From Camelus dromedarius (lineage: Eukaryota), in assembly GCF_036321535.1 (NCBI RefSeq), contig NC_087438.1, positions 2,916,001 through 2,980,000 on the forward strand: a DNA stretch of 64,000 bases, written 5' to 3'. Every line of letters begins with the position of its first letter. Position 1 is the stretch's first letter. The notes beneath the pieces were generated by a model. It ran no database searches and was not told the DNA's origin. It worked only from the letters and a program-made list of their open reading frames with translations. Shown piece after piece: positions 50,283-64,000 of the stretch. The position numbers and the translations under genes were made by a program.

Positions 50283-53200
50283 GGAGTGGAACCTGGAAAA
50301 TTCCGCAGTTGTGGGGATGCCAGTGACAGCTTTGGGGAGATGAATATTTGACGGTCATTGCTACTGCCCGCTTCGGCCAAGGGGGCACTGCCATTTGGAA
50401 ACCTCAGCAGAAGCAGCAGCACGTGACCCTGCGAGAGGCCAGAGGCCAGGGCTCTGGGCTGCGCGGGCTTCTCCACCAGCAGGATGTCTTGGGATGGCTG
50501 GGAGAACGAGAGGGCTCCATCCCTCAGCCCAGAGCAGGGCTGCTAGGAGCACGATGTTGCTGCTTCCTGCCAGGAAGACTATGGTGGAAAGCCCATGGAG
50601 CGAAACTCTGGCCTTTGCACACTGGTAATAATGTGAAAATGTTCTGAGCACAGGGCTTCGACCACCAGCTGCAACATTTTTCCACACATAAATGGATAAA
50701 ATCATTGAAGGGTTCCTAACAGGAAGCGAACTCCTGGGAAAGCTATTAGCAGGTGAACATTTGCAATTCATGTGACACTGTTCTTGCCTTGAGGAATATA
50801 TCATGGACAGAGTCCTGTTTGGTTTAAAATGTAACTATCACAGCAGAGTGGGCTGAGCATTCAGATCTCAGCTGGGTTTCTCTTGAATGTATTAACTTAC
50901 AGATGGAAACCCACTTAAAATCGTTTAGTGTCTTCCAGTAACCCCTTCTTCTCCTTTTCTAGAAGTGACACTGCTCTTCAGGCTTGTAATCCTCCAGGAC
51001 CTCTGACCTTTCTTGCCTGTGGCACTCGGGGCACCCTCTGTCTCCCTAGTCCTGTCAATAGCGCCTTCCTCCCTTTCTCGGTATTTCCACGTCGGTATTT
51101 CCACGTCGTAGCCAGAGCTCCTAACTACTGTCACTACATTGTCTTGCCCTCTCTACTGCTGACTAAAGATCATGCAGGCAGCTTGACTGTTCCATTATTT
51201 TTTCTCCCCAAGTTTGCAGTGATCTAGGGCTGGGGAAGGCCTTGGAACAAGTCATAGTATTGACCTTCCCGACATAACCAGATTTTTATGGGGGCTGACA
51301 GAATTTCAGGAGTGATACCACTAGACTAGGAGATCCAGAAAATCTTCTCAGTAACGTGGTGGAAACGTTCACTTCCCCGAGGATTGCTAGTGGCTTTGGA
51401 GTGTCTATATTTACCTGTGAAAGTCTGCTAACCTGTCGTCTAGTCAATGATCTTGTCCTGAACCAGCTTCACCCCTTTCACTGCAGTGCAGAGGCTGTTT
51501 TCCCTAAGATCCTGTTCGGTTTTCATTAATCCTTTTGTTTTCTGAGATCAAAGAAAGAGACAAAATCTAGTAAACGATGTGTAATACAGTTTTCACAGAC
51601 TGGCTGCAATAAGTTGTCTCCGGGTTCCATGGTTGTTGGCTTCCATTGTCTTTCATTTCAAGCACGAAATAGTCCAGCCCAGGAACTAAAAGTGGAAAAC
51701 TACTGAGAGGAATCTTTCCAGATATAACCAGCTCACACCAACTAGTGAAAAAGGCTCCTCTCATGAGGAAAAAAAAAAAAAAAAGGAATACAAAAAAGCA
51801 TAATACAAAGGATTTGAATCTTACTAAAAATGGCAGCATGAGGGCATACACATCCCAGGATGAGACTCCCTTCGCTTTCTGCAAGAGACACTAAAGGAGA
51901 AAATATTTTATGGCCAGCGACTGGTCACAGGGCAGTCAGGGGTACAAGTTGTCAGCTAATAAGGGAGTAGGGAATGAAACGTAAATTGAATGTTAAGTGC
52001 TCCGATAAGCCTCCTTAACACGATTCTCAAAACTCGCAGGCCTGCTACCCACAAACGGACGTGTTTAGACTCATATGATTGCGGCATCCACCTGCAGACC
52101 CCATGGTGCTGCTCCATCTGTGTATTTTACTGTAGGTCAAGGCAGTTAATCACCAGGAGGCCTCGGGGCAGCCACATAGAAGCTTATTTATGGGCAAATC
52201 AAGAAACCGAAATACTGAACCGTGCCTGATGAGCTGCACTAATATGCTACTTGTGGCTAATTTCTGAGCTGCTAACCCACAGGTGTTTGCCCTCCCCCAT
52301 AAATCAGGCCGTCCGCCTCCCCTCTGCACTCTGGGTCCTAACATGCATATAGATAGCCTGTTTAAATGACAGGCAGGAAATAATGGATGGCGCCCTAAAT
52401 CATTCCAGTGTTTAGTCAACTGTCTCTCCTCTGAAACTGGTCCTACCACGTTCCCACTGCCTCACTCCTCTCGTGTTATTGTAACCCAAGCCTTCTGCGC
52501 CACTGCATGTAACCTTTCAAAGGTACAAAGTGTATATTTCCCCATTTTTATTTGTTTTCCTTGTAGAGCACACCCTTTGCATAAGACAGCACCATTAAAA
52601 TTTCCACAACAGCCAGCAGGGCAATGAAGCAGAGCAGAATCCCAATGACCTAGCTGGGGAAAGGAAACTCTTGCTGGGAGTTTAGCCACGGCAGTCCTCC
52701 GTTTACCTTTAATTTATTTTTTTTTAATTAAAGATGTTAATTAAATGGATCACAAACCAAACAATCTAAACACTAAATATTATGGGCAGGAAATGCTGGG
52801 TTTGCATATAATTTGATTCTCTAGAGTAGTTCCTTGTATTAAATCACCTTCTGGCTGAAACAACCTAAACAGCCCATCACCTTATAGGTCAATATAAAAC
52901 CCAGTAGCTATGAAACAACACAGTCCCCATATACTTACAATGTACGTCTGTGCTAGGAGCAGAAGGGAAGACAGAACTCGGCAGATTTTTTTCAAGCTCT
53001 AGCAAAGAAAACTGTTAGGAGGAAATATTAATCAATGGTACCAGATGAAACCTTATAAATGCATGTAATAGATGACAAAATGATAATGAAAAACCAGGTT
53101 GTGGCTTCACTCTATTAGGACAGGCATAGTTACAGTTTGGATGTGATGGAGGTCCGATACAAGGACCCTTCACCTCTGTCGCTCACTGAGGGAGAAACAC

Positions 53201-53349
53201 AGCTGTTTGAAATCTTCAGTTACTTTTAGGAATTTTAAATGGCTCACTCTTAGACTACATAATATGACAGGAAATGCACTCATTTATATGTTATTTTTAG
53301 CACTTCCTAGTTGAGCTCAAATAGTCAAACGTAATCCCAGGATTCTGGG

Positions 53350-56150
53350 CGTGAAGGTGATGTGTTCGAGGGTGTTCCACTTCAAGCCAAGATGGAGCAA
53401 TAGGAACTAGACTTATCCTTCCGGTTGAAACAACCTAAACAGCCCATCTATACGGTATAATGGTGCACAAGCCGCTGGATGCCAGGCAGTAAAGATACCT
53501 GAAACGCGGGAACTAAACCGGGCCAGCCCTGTGAGAGGGTTCTAGCTCACCGCCCTGAGAGGGTTTCTAGGCCAGAGTGCGGGGAATGATCCCTGGTGGA
53601 GCCCAGTGGGCTCCTCTTGTTAAAGAGACACAACCAAACATCCTGGAGGCTCAAGGTGGCAAGAGTTCCCCAGAACTGGGTACCAGGGAGAAAAGTGTGG
53701 CGTAGAGACTGACCTCTGGGAACTCCCGAAGGTGTTGTTTAGCAGAGCACTAATCCGAACATGTAAGCACAGAACCTCCCCGAGGCTGGGAAAGAACAAC
53801 CAGGAAGGACTACCGTTAACAGTGCTGAGCACTCGCCCAGGTCCTGGAAGGGCACCTGTTTTCACCAGACCAGAAAAACCCATGGTTCAAGCACACTGAG
53901 TAGCATTCTCAGGAAGGTCTCAACTGAGTAGAGCGGAGTAACTAACCAGAGACGGAGCACTGCTCCCATCCCACCTGCCAGAATTTAGAGGCAGGACCTC
54001 AGAGGATCAAACTGCTTCCAAGTAAAATAACTGTGACCTTGGGGGAAATATGCTAAGAATATTCATAGAAATTCAAAAGTAAGCAAGAACTGAAAAAGTA
54101 AAATGAATCAACAGACAAGGACATTTTAACATTTTTTAAGTTGTACTCTCTATGTACAAAATGCTAAGAGGAGACATATAAGGCATAAAGATCCAAACTG
54201 AACTTTGAGAGATTAAAAATCTATGTAGGACATGAAAAATTCAGTGGAAGGATTAGATACTGCAGAAGAAAATGTCTGTTGTCTTAAAGACACAGCAAAA
54301 GAAACTATATTTGAAAGACACAGGAAAGAGAACTTTAAAAAATGAAAAGAGCATCAGTGGCCAATGGGGCAACTTGAATGGGCTTAATACACATGCACTT
54401 AAATACTCTGAGAGTGAGGGAGGAGAAAGAAAAAATAATTGAATAACAGCTATTTTTTTCAAATTTTATAAATATCACAAATCAACAGATTCAAGAAACT
54501 CAACAAATTCCAAGCATAAAAACAAACAAACAAAAAAAAAAACCACACCAAGTCACATCATAATCATATTACTCACAGAAGCTGATAACAGCAACAACAA
54601 AAATCCAAAAAATAAAAAATAAAAATAAACAAAGGAAAAACACATTACATACAGAGAAACAAAGACAAAAAATGACCACAAGCTTCACATTGAAAACAAT
54701 TCAACATCTTTAAATTACTGAAAGGAAAAAAAAAACCAAAACTGCCAACATAAAATATCAAGAAAAAAAAACTGTCTGAAGGAAGTTTTTCAGAAAGAAG
54801 GAAAATGACACCAGAAAAATGTGATGGAAAGAAAACAAAGTATATGCCTAGTGCTATGTATAAAGAAAGTCACCCCACAATTGTAAAGGAGTGTGTTTAT
54901 CAAGCAGACCTAGCAATCTTTACATTTTATGGACCTAATAACATAGCTTCAAAATACAAGAAGCAAAAAATGATAGAACTATAAAGAGAAATAGGCAAAT
55001 CAGTAATTATATTCAAAGATTTTAATACCTCACTCTCAAAAAGTAGAACGGAAATCAATAAGGATACAGATTATTTAAACAACACTATCAGCGAATTGTA
55101 CCTGAGTGACATTTCTAGAACACCATATCCAATAAAAGGAGAATACAAATTATTCTGCAATGCATAGGACGCATTTAGCAAAACAGATCACATTCTGGAT
55201 CACAAAACCAATTCCTATAAATAAAAAACAATTAAATTCTTGCAAAGTATTTTCTCTTACCACAATGGATTCAATTAAAAATCAATAATGGAAAGATGTC
55301 TAGAAAGATCTAAAATCTTTGAGACCTAATAATCTACTTCTAAAGAACCCACATATCAAAGAATAAACCACAAATTAAGGCATTAGAAAAGAAATTTGGT
55401 CAAAACAAAAATTAAGACAAAATACATCCCATGTTTGTGGGACACAGCTAAAGCAGGACACATTGTGAGGAGAGGGGCTGAACTTCTAGCAATAAATGTC
55501 TATATCGGAAAAGAAGAAAAATTTCACATCAGCGACTTCATCTTCTAGGAAATGAAGAGCAAATTTAATCCAATTATGCAACAAAAAAGTAAATAATGGA
55601 GAATAGACAGATGAAAATGAAATAAACACCGGGAAAAATAGAGAGTAATTAAAATTAAATGCTGATCTTGAAAAGATTCATATAATTGGGATAGACAGCA
55701 TTTACCAATATCAGGCATGAGAGAGGTGAAATTAACATAGATTCCACCTAGAATAATTCTCCTACCTCAAAAAAATAAAATACCTCAAAACAATTTTGAT
55801 GGAAGAATAAACTGGAAAGGCTAATATCACTTGCTTCCAATATTTATTATAAAGCTACTGTCATCAAGACTGTGCAGTATTGACCTGAAAAATGGACAGA
55901 TAGATCACAAATAGGTTCACACATGTAATGGAACGGGTTTTGGCAAAACTACAAAGACAAATCACTGGAGAAGTGATAATTTTTTCAACAAATGGTGCTG
56001 GAACAAGTGGTTATCGTACAAAAAAAGAAAAAAAAAGCACACAACAATGCTAATGAATACCTGTATCAGTGCTGCCCACCATACACAAAAAATGATGAAC
56101 TTAACGAGTCATAGATCTAAATGTTGGCTTAGAATTTGAAAAAATTCTAA
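53350..56150 (+). mobile_element. Internally deleted old LINE-1 (L1MC/MD-type): 5' region, ORF1 and ORF2 remnants
   Basis: 5' end TTCCACTTC..CCAAGATGGAG. ORF1-like GATTCAAGAAACTCAACAAATTCCAAGC. Endonuclease-region TATGGACCTAATAACATAGCTTCAAAATAC. Late ORF2 TTCAACAAATGGTGCTGGAACAA. Confidence 0.8.
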
Positions 56151-58289
56151 AATGATGTCTTCTTCAATTTCATAGGTATGATTTATTGGAGAATCCTTCA
56201 CAACAGTGTGTTTTCATTTCTTCTGAACGTCACCCAGTGTCCTCTATACACTCAGGCCTGTCATTACATCTCAACCTATGATTTTTTAAAAATGTTTAAA
56301 TATTATAATTAGTCAAAGTAATTCATATGTGTTTTTTATACTTCAAACTTTTTTTCTATATTCAAAAAGGTGATTCTGTAATGAATTAGAAAGGAGAGCA
56401 TACTCTCCTTGTAAAAATGTAAGATGTGCCTTGAGGTCCAGCGTGGAATGCATAACACAGAATCTCATCTCCCATTGACAGTAAGTGTAATTACTTTAAC
56501 TATCTGAAACCCCAGAAGCCCTGACTTAGCTATAACCTAAAACATCTGTGGTGCTTCATAACAGATATTATGATTCCCCATCCATGACACTTTCATAACG
56601 TCTACTTAACTCTACTTGCATAATGTAGTTTTAATGACCCACCTAAGACTCTGTAAATATGCTAAATTCTATAAATTGGTCAGCCATTGTACAAAGGAAC
56701 TTTTCTTTGTTTGTCTAACTTTATATCTTTTAAAGCCTCAAAAATTTCCTGCTTCTGTTGTATTTCAGGATTTTTAGTATAAATTTGTATTTGCATTATT
56801 CTTTTCATTGCTGGTAAAAGCTCTGAATGCATCATTATCTTTCCATAGTGAAGGCTGCCTCTCAGTTATGATCTCTCTTCCTCCCAGTGACACCTTAGAA
56901 CACACACGGAGGAGTCTACTCTCTTATAAGAAATAGCACATCACCTTCCTTGGAACCAGAGAATGTGTTTTTGCTGTTAAATAACACATACAAAGGCTGC
57001 CCCGCTCCGTATGCTGGTGAAGCAAAACAACTAACCAGCAAGCCAGCCACACTCAGAGGCCATAACAGGTTGAAGGTGACCACGTTCATAAAACATGGAT
57101 CCATGAGAGCAGATACCAGGGAAGTGACAGCCTTTCCACTGATGTGGAGAATTTAAAAGCATCTTCAAGAAACAACGAGCTTTCCTTCTTTCTAATAAAT
57201 CTCCATTCCTTAGTTGACTTAGCATAACTCCAGACGTCCAGATTTGTCAGGTATTATGGTGGGGACTCAGGGCTCAGCCACTCCTCTGGAGAGTGTTTGT
57301 CCAGGTGCCTTCCTAACTGCCAGGACCTAACAGCAAGCGTAAAGCCATCTCCTCAAGGGGCTTTCATTCCAATGGAGAAGCTCCTGGGCTAGTCTAGTGG
57401 CTGCAAAAAGACATAAGCAGAGAGAAATACAGAGACCCAATTTCATAAGAAATGAAGTCCAGAGGAGGTGCACTGATACACACACACGTGATATAATATA
57501 CAAGTGGATGGAGTTATGATCAAATACAGAAAGACTGGGGATCTCTTTGAACAGGAAGAAACAAGGACACTTTTATATAAGGAAAGATTTTAAACTAATG
57601 CTTAAAGAATGAGGGCCCACTGAGTAGGTGGGCAAACACGAAAACAGAATTTCTTACAGAAAGAACAGCTTCTGAGAAGAAAGAAGACGTGGAGAGTCTT
57701 GGTGTATTGCAACGAGCTTAGCTGCTTTCTTCACTAGCCATTCCCAGTTACTCATCCATTTCCATGGTGCACTGATCACTTTAGTGGAGGTCTGCTCAGC
57801 CCATGAGCTGGAAGAAGGTTCAAGGAAAGGTTTTTTTTTTGGGGTCCTTTCTCTGGGAATTACTCTCTTATTCTTAAAGATGGCCCTGGGGCACTTTTCA
57901 TACTGTTCAGTTCCATCCCCTGATCTATAGTCTTTTGGGCTAGAATTGGACACATGGCCGAGCCTGAAGCAATTAGACTCCTTTTCCTCGCAGTTTGTCT
58001 CTGGTACCTAGAGGCGTCCAGTCAGTTTCCAGTGGACAGGATGCGGGCATCACGTGGACAGAGAAGCAGAATAAGAAATGAGTAACGCTGACTTACAAGG
58101 GCAGCAGGAACAATACTGAATGGGAGTGTTTGGTGCTGGAGGAGCTCCTAGTTTTAGTGTTAGCTTTCTCCAAGACACCCACTGCAACTGCAATTCTGTT
58201 CCAGATGCCATGTGTTAAATTTTTATCTATTTTGTTAAAAACAACTTGAAACTAGAATCTAAACTAATGTGTATGGCTTTGGTAGCACT

Positions 58290-59340
58290 CAACTCTATTT
58301 TTTTCAAGTCAATTTTCTCTTCTAAGCTTTAGATCTATGCCAACTTACCTTTTGGAGAGTCCAACCTCCATAATTAATATTTTTATCAGTAGCTTCATTC
58401 TATGCAGGGCTAAACTCATCATTTTGCCATCCACACTGTATTCTTGTGTTCTGTCTCTCCCTGTATGTGGAATCACCATGTGGTCCAGCAGACCCAATAA
58501 ACAACCTTGGAGTTTATCTCCACTCTCCCAGCCCTGGAGCCTACGTCATGTTATGGCAGCTCCCCGTCTTTTAAGTCTCCCGAGCTGTGTTGCTGGTGGG
58601 ATGTGCTCGTGGGCGACCTCTCCATCAGTCTGGCCTGTTCTCCTCTCTGTTTTGACTCTTATGCTCTTCACTTTCCACCTGGATATTTTTTACTCATCTT
58701 TAATAATAAAGCTCAGGTGTCACCTTTTCCAAAAAAACTTGATTGACATGAGCCAAATTTATGACTCTCTAGTGAGCTGCATTTAAAATGCTTTATTGCA
58801 GTGTTCACAAGTAGAGGTGTAAGAGAGTAGGCAGGCAAAGACAATGAGGATTGGGAAGGCTTTGCCTATAGAAGGTTGAGGCGCTTGTCCCAGGAGAGAC
58901 CTGGAGGCAATGGGAGGATGGCTGACCAGGGGGAAGCAGCATCAGGGGTAGTTGAATGGTGAGCTTCAGTGTCTGAACTGATACTGGGAAAGTCGGAAGG
59001 ACGAGGTAAAAAATGGGACAAAAAGAAGTTAAAGAGAGGAGGAACAATACGTTAATGGGGATGAAGGAGGAAGAGAGATGGCAGGTCTGTGGTTGGTGTC
59101 AACGTTGGAGCTTTTGGAAAGTTTAAAGCAATTTGTGGTCCCGGTAGCCATGGCAATGACCATGTTGGTGAAGAGGAGATGAAAACTGAACCAGTGGGAG
59201 AAGCTGAGTAATTCTGAAGCTAGGGCTCTATCCCCATCAGTCAAAGCCTCAGGTCCAGGTGTGGTGGTGATTGGAACAACCGCAGAAGCTGAGAAGCCTG
59301 GAAAGTTCTGAATCTAAGATGATGGGAGAGCTGCCTGTAT
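58290..59340. mobile_element. LINE-2 remnants (sense ~58290-58780, antisense ~58800-59340)
   Basis: Pyrimidine-rich L2-like block (CTAAACTCATCAT, GCTCAGGTGTCACCTTTTCC) followed by a purine-rich antisense L2-like block. Confidence 0.45.
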
Positions 59341-62133
59341 CTTCCCCAAGGTCATCCCAAAACAGCCACTGTGTTTATACCCATTTTCAGAGCTGGAAGA
59401 AAATTTATTCATTTATTCAGTTTGAATAAAAAACTCTTCACATCATCCAACAGGATTAACATAATCAAACACCTGATTCTTTCCCCTCCAGGACAGCGTC
59501 AGGCTTGTTGTCAGGAGCTCGTTTCCACTGCGGAGAAAGAGCTCCTTTGTAAGCTCCCCCAGGGTCACCCGAACATGCATCCCTCAGACATGTCCGGCCT
59601 CACCCATTTTTATTACTTCTTCCCATTAAAAGCTGCCAATTGTGCAGGTATTATGTAACTATTTATTTAAAAGAAGAACAGAGTTCCTTGTAAAATGAGG
59701 TTCATAAGAGAATTCTTTTTGTTGAAAACCAAGGAGCTCATCTGAATATGACTTCCCTAAGAATAATACTAGGGGCTTTGTAAACTCTAACTTATTAGAC
59801 AATTTATTCAAATGTATTGACAGAAATGAATGTCATAGATTAGACTAGAGCATAAAACTATTAAAATGAGACAATATTAGTTCAAGGTTGCGGGAGAGGC
59901 AGCTCTTGACGGGTTTTTGCCATTCTCTGGGATTTGGCTTTGGATACAGAGATCCATTTTAACCCACTGGAGGAGGGAGCAGGCCCCTGTGCTAGTTCAA
60001 GTCAGGGTGTCAGGACGGGGCTGTCACTGGCTTGAAAACTGGATCACAATTCAGAACAACCTTGGTGGAAAGGTGGTGTGGTCCAGAGACAACAGAAGAC
60101 CGTTCATACTGGACAGTCCCAAGGCAAGACTCCGGGAATAAGAAGAGGGAAGTGACCAGATACACGTGCATACGAAGGGGCATTTCTTACCCTGAAAAGG
60201 CAGGTCTCAGGTGGTAGTTTGCAAGGCATATATCAATCCACCCACCCCAATGGGGGCTCCGTGAAGATGTCTATATGTTTCCATTACATTGACTCTAGAT
60301 TTCTTTAGGCAAATAACTATGAAAAAGTCATCTGACAATTCCAAAAAGAAAAATGGGTGCGGTAACCCGGGAGTGGCGCAGGCAAGAGTTATTACCGTGC
60401 TGCCTCTGATTCAGGAAGTGCAGACAATAAAGAGCTGGCAGAAAGTACATTCAAGACAGGCACGGTGCTTCCAGGAGGGGAATTAAAAGGGCACCTGCTA
60501 AATCTGTCAGAAGGCACTTTCAAGATGTAGCACCAAAGAATTATATCACAGAGGTCACTCAGAGAAATACGAGTGTCACTGAGTTAAGTACATCTAGGGA
60601 AGATCAGATAATAGGAAATATCTTTTTTCCGAGCTGAAATGATAGATGGCAAAAACGGGAAAGTGAAGCACACGGCAGATATAAAGGGAAATCAAGACGA
60701 TGGGAAAGAAATAAAACAGAAGGGTAATACAATAGAAGTGAAGCTGTAGAAATCATAAAAGAAATGCTTGGGAACAACAGTGAAACTTATTGAATCAAGT
60801 AAAATTTATTCAGAACATTCAGATGGCAAGATTCAGAAAAATAACCCATGGAGTGGCATTCTGGCTGATTGTGAGATGCTGTGAAGAATACATTTTAAAA
60901 AATTGTCATATGTTCTCCTAGAACGCCATATGAATAATTTAACAGGGATGCCAAGATTTATGAAAAGAGTATTATCAGTGAAATGTTAATGCCAGCCCCA
61001 AGAATTTGTCTTTTAGGTGAGTGTTTGGTTCTAATCTACATAATTATTTCTATTTGCCACCCCCCTTGCTAAAAATGAAACGGAGGAAATTAAGAGGACT
61101 CTCAGAACGTGAGATGCAGCTTAAGATGTATTATCTCGATGACTTAGAATCTGTGTTACCGGCTAACTGAACCCTTCCTGCAACGTCACCTGATTGTCCA
61201 GCCTCCTGCTTAGCTGTCTGCATTTCTCGGTGGCATCACTAATAGGATTTCCATGTGTCGCCCAAGGGTCTTTTCATTGCACATCATCTCAGCGGGAACA
61301 CCTTTGCCACCAGGCAAGGCATTACCAAGGCCAGACTTTCTTGGAAGAGGAAAATGAAAGCAATTCAGCATCCACTGCAGGTTCCAACTGACGTGACCTT
61401 TGGTCGCACGTGAGGTGTCAGTCCCGGGATGAACACTTGCAGGACGCAGTCCTGTAGGCACTCACCAAAGCCACTGACCACTGGGGGAGGGGCACACTGG
61501 GCTTCCTCTTATTTCCTACGTTAACGACACCAGCATGGGCATAGGTGGCCCTTTATCACCTAGCCCGGAAAGCTGCTTGAAATCACCGGAGCAAAACTTT
61601 GAGTTCTCTACTGAACATCATGAAGAGAAGGAAGAATTTAGATGTTTGACTCCTCGGTCAGTGGTTTTATCTGTGCAGCCCTCAGAGGTCTGGGTCAGTA
61701 CTTCTGTTATAAACCACACAAGTCCTACTCAGGAAAGAACATTAACTCCTGAAGCTAAAACATGTAGATGAGACATTGGGCCACTTAATCTATTCCTTTG
61801 CAACCCTTTGCCCCCAGCTAATCTGTGCTTTCTCTAGTGATGCAAAGATAATTCAATTTTTAGAATGTTTGGCGAGGACTCACTGAACTTCATGCGACTC
61901 TTAAAAAATCAGTGGAGGTACTTATAAGGGAGACTGAAACAATGGGGAATGTTGCTTATAGTGTTGACTTCTGCTACTGTAACTTCAAAATGTTTTATGT
62001 AGATAAGCTTTCTATTTGTCTCTCCTCATACTGGCCAGACAAGTTTCCTAAGATAAAATCAGTTATTTCTAGCTCATTAAATAAAAAATGTCCAAAGGAG
62101 GTAGGCCATTCAGATTCCACAAAGACATGTGCT

Positions 62134-62850
62134 CTTACCACGTGACCCAGCAATTCCACCCCTGGGCACACATCCAGAGGGGACTCTAATTCGAAAAGAC
62201 ACCTGCACTCCAGTGTTCACAGCAGTGCTATTTATGACAGTCAAGACATGGAAGCAACATAAATGTCCATCATCAGATGACTGGATAAAGAAGCTGTGGT
62301 GTATTTATACAACAGAATACTACTCAGTCATAAAAATAAATAAAGCAATGCCTTTTACAGCAACATGGATGGAACTGTGGATCATCATTCTAAGTGAAGT
62401 AAGCCAGGAAGAGAAAGAAAAGTAACATATGATATCACTCATATGTGGAATCTAAAAAAAAGAAAAAAGAAAAAAGAAGACACTAATGAACTCATCTGTA
62501 AAACAGAAACAGACTTGCAGATGTAGTAAACAATCTTATGGTTGCCAGGGGAAGGGGGTGAGAGAGGATAAATTTGGGAGCTTGAGATTTGCAAATATTA
62601 ACTACTATATATAAAAATACATAAAAAACAAATTTATTCTTATAGCACAGGGAACTATATTTACTAACTTGTAATAACATTTAATGAAAGAGACTATGGA
62701 AAAGAACATATATATATGTATATGCATATATAAATGACTGGGCCATTATGCTGTACAACAGAAACTGACAAGCTGTAACTGACTACACTCCAGTGGAAAA
62801 AAAATTAAATTAAATTGAATTGAATTTTAAAATAAAAGTAAATAAAATTA
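62134..62850 (+). mobile_element. 5'-truncated, relatively young camelid-type LINE-1 (ORF2 C-terminus, 3'UTR and tail)
   Basis: ORF 62129..62425 (LPRDPAIPPLG..TCTPVFTAVLF..KTWKQHKCPS.DDWIKKLWCIYTTEYYS..MPFTATWMEL..IILSEVSQ) is the L1 ORF2p C-terminus. It is followed by an L1 3'UTR and an A-rich tail. Confidence 0.95.
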
Positions 62851-64000
62851 ATGGATGGTTCCTGTTTTCTCCACACTAGCCTCTACTGCCTTCTGAGTGG
62901 GAAATTCCTAGTGCTTTGGAAAGAAATGTCTTGTAAACATTATTTAATTTAATTAATAATCCTTGAACTAGATACTTCTTTATCTATCACAAAACTAAAA
63001 TGGACTAAAAGAATTCAATTGTATATACAAATACTAGTGAATAAGTTAAATTAATAAACTAAATTAAATCCATAATTCATTGCAGTTTGAAAATTGTGTA
63101 TTGGTAACAGGTAAAGGGTCCATTAATGTATTGTATGTCCTTGGGAGGGAAGTTCATGGCAATTTTTCAGGTACTGGTCCTACACGCTGTACCATGGAAA
63201 AGAGTCCACTGGTTTTCCCTTAAAGAGGAAAGAGAGCATTTCAGCACATAAAGGAAAATTGGAAAAAATAATGTATGTATCTTTCAAGGTCAGCAATAGT
63301 ACAAAATAGTTATACTCAGTTTTTATCATACATGTAAACTGTATTGGAAAAGACAGCAGAAATCTGTTCCTAACATATAAATCACTTACTTGCAAAGTCT
63401 GGGAATGTTACCTTTTTTCCTTCTTCTTCGTTTAAATAAGCCCTTCGGAAGACAGGAGGCTGCATCACTTACCCTGTGGCATGACTTGCTGTTTCAGCTG
63501 GAAGATCACACTTCCCATCCCCATGGGGGAATGAGAAGTAACTGGGCAAAGTGCACCGCTCCCACAGTGACAGGAAAGATGTCTTCTTTTTGCGCTCTCA
63601 CTCTTTCCATCAAGTGCATGAGGTCACCCATCTGTTAGCTCAGAGCTGGCATGTGCGGCACCCACAGCACACCCGATCTGACCCACCGCAGCCAGAAGGC
63701 AGCATCTGGTGCTCTCTCCTCCTGATCCCTTTCACCCGCTATCCCAGGTCCTCTCAGCAAGGTGACAGAGTATTCCAAGTGCCCAACAACAGGGTTGACG
63801 TGAACACGGGCTCGATTGAGCTCCGTGATGCTATCAGTCTTGGCGAAAGACCCCCAAGGCCAGCCCCGTCTTGCCAGCCCTCCCTGCTGACCTCCACCCA
63901 CAGCAGTTTACTCTCCCCATCATCACCTGGATCCCGAGCTCCTGCTGGCTCCACCGGCTTCTCCCCTTCCACTCCCAAAGCTCCCACTGGGCCAAGAATC

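Noticed and set aside
52939..52952. 14-nt (or 9-nt) exon-shaped segment on the - strand
   Set aside because: The first AG after the tract gives a frame-shifting length, and nothing independent supports it.
62129..62425. 98-aa ORF with clear protein homology
   Set aside because: It is the C-terminus of LINE-1 ORF2p in a 5'-truncated copy, not a host gene.
1..64000. Assignment of the window to a named host gene or locus
   Set aside because: No recognisable exon anchors it, so any gene name would be a guess. A BLASTN of the unique blocks against camelid and human genomes would settle it.

Overview
This is mammalian non-coding DNA, very probably from a camelid (camel, alpaca or llama). The taxonomic call rests on three copies of a short tRNA-derived SINE matching my recollection of the camelid Vic-1 family, plus camelid-type L1 3' ends. 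I recognise no host protein-coding exon, RNA gene or processed pseudogene. The only ORFs in the track with recognisable homology are decayed LINE-1 ORF2p fragments; the long ORFs at 4.7-6.6 kb are explained by stop-codon depletion in GC-rich DNA. The window looks like a large intron or gene desert. It holds a ~1.7 kb CpG island with no identifiable gene, several repeat-free TAAT-rich blocks resembling developmental enhancers, a ~1.1 kb decayed hexamer array, and many old L1, L2, MIR and MaLR/ERVL LTR relics. I found no evidence for a new biological system. The best-supported observations are mutational footprints: a 25-bp templated insertion copied from 570 bp away, a twin-primed (5'-inverted) L1 with target-site duplication (TSD), nested L1 insertions with TSDs, and a perfect 72-bp tandem duplication inside an old LTR. 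Repeat family names come from recalled consensus similarity, not a database search, and boundaries of old repeats are approximate.
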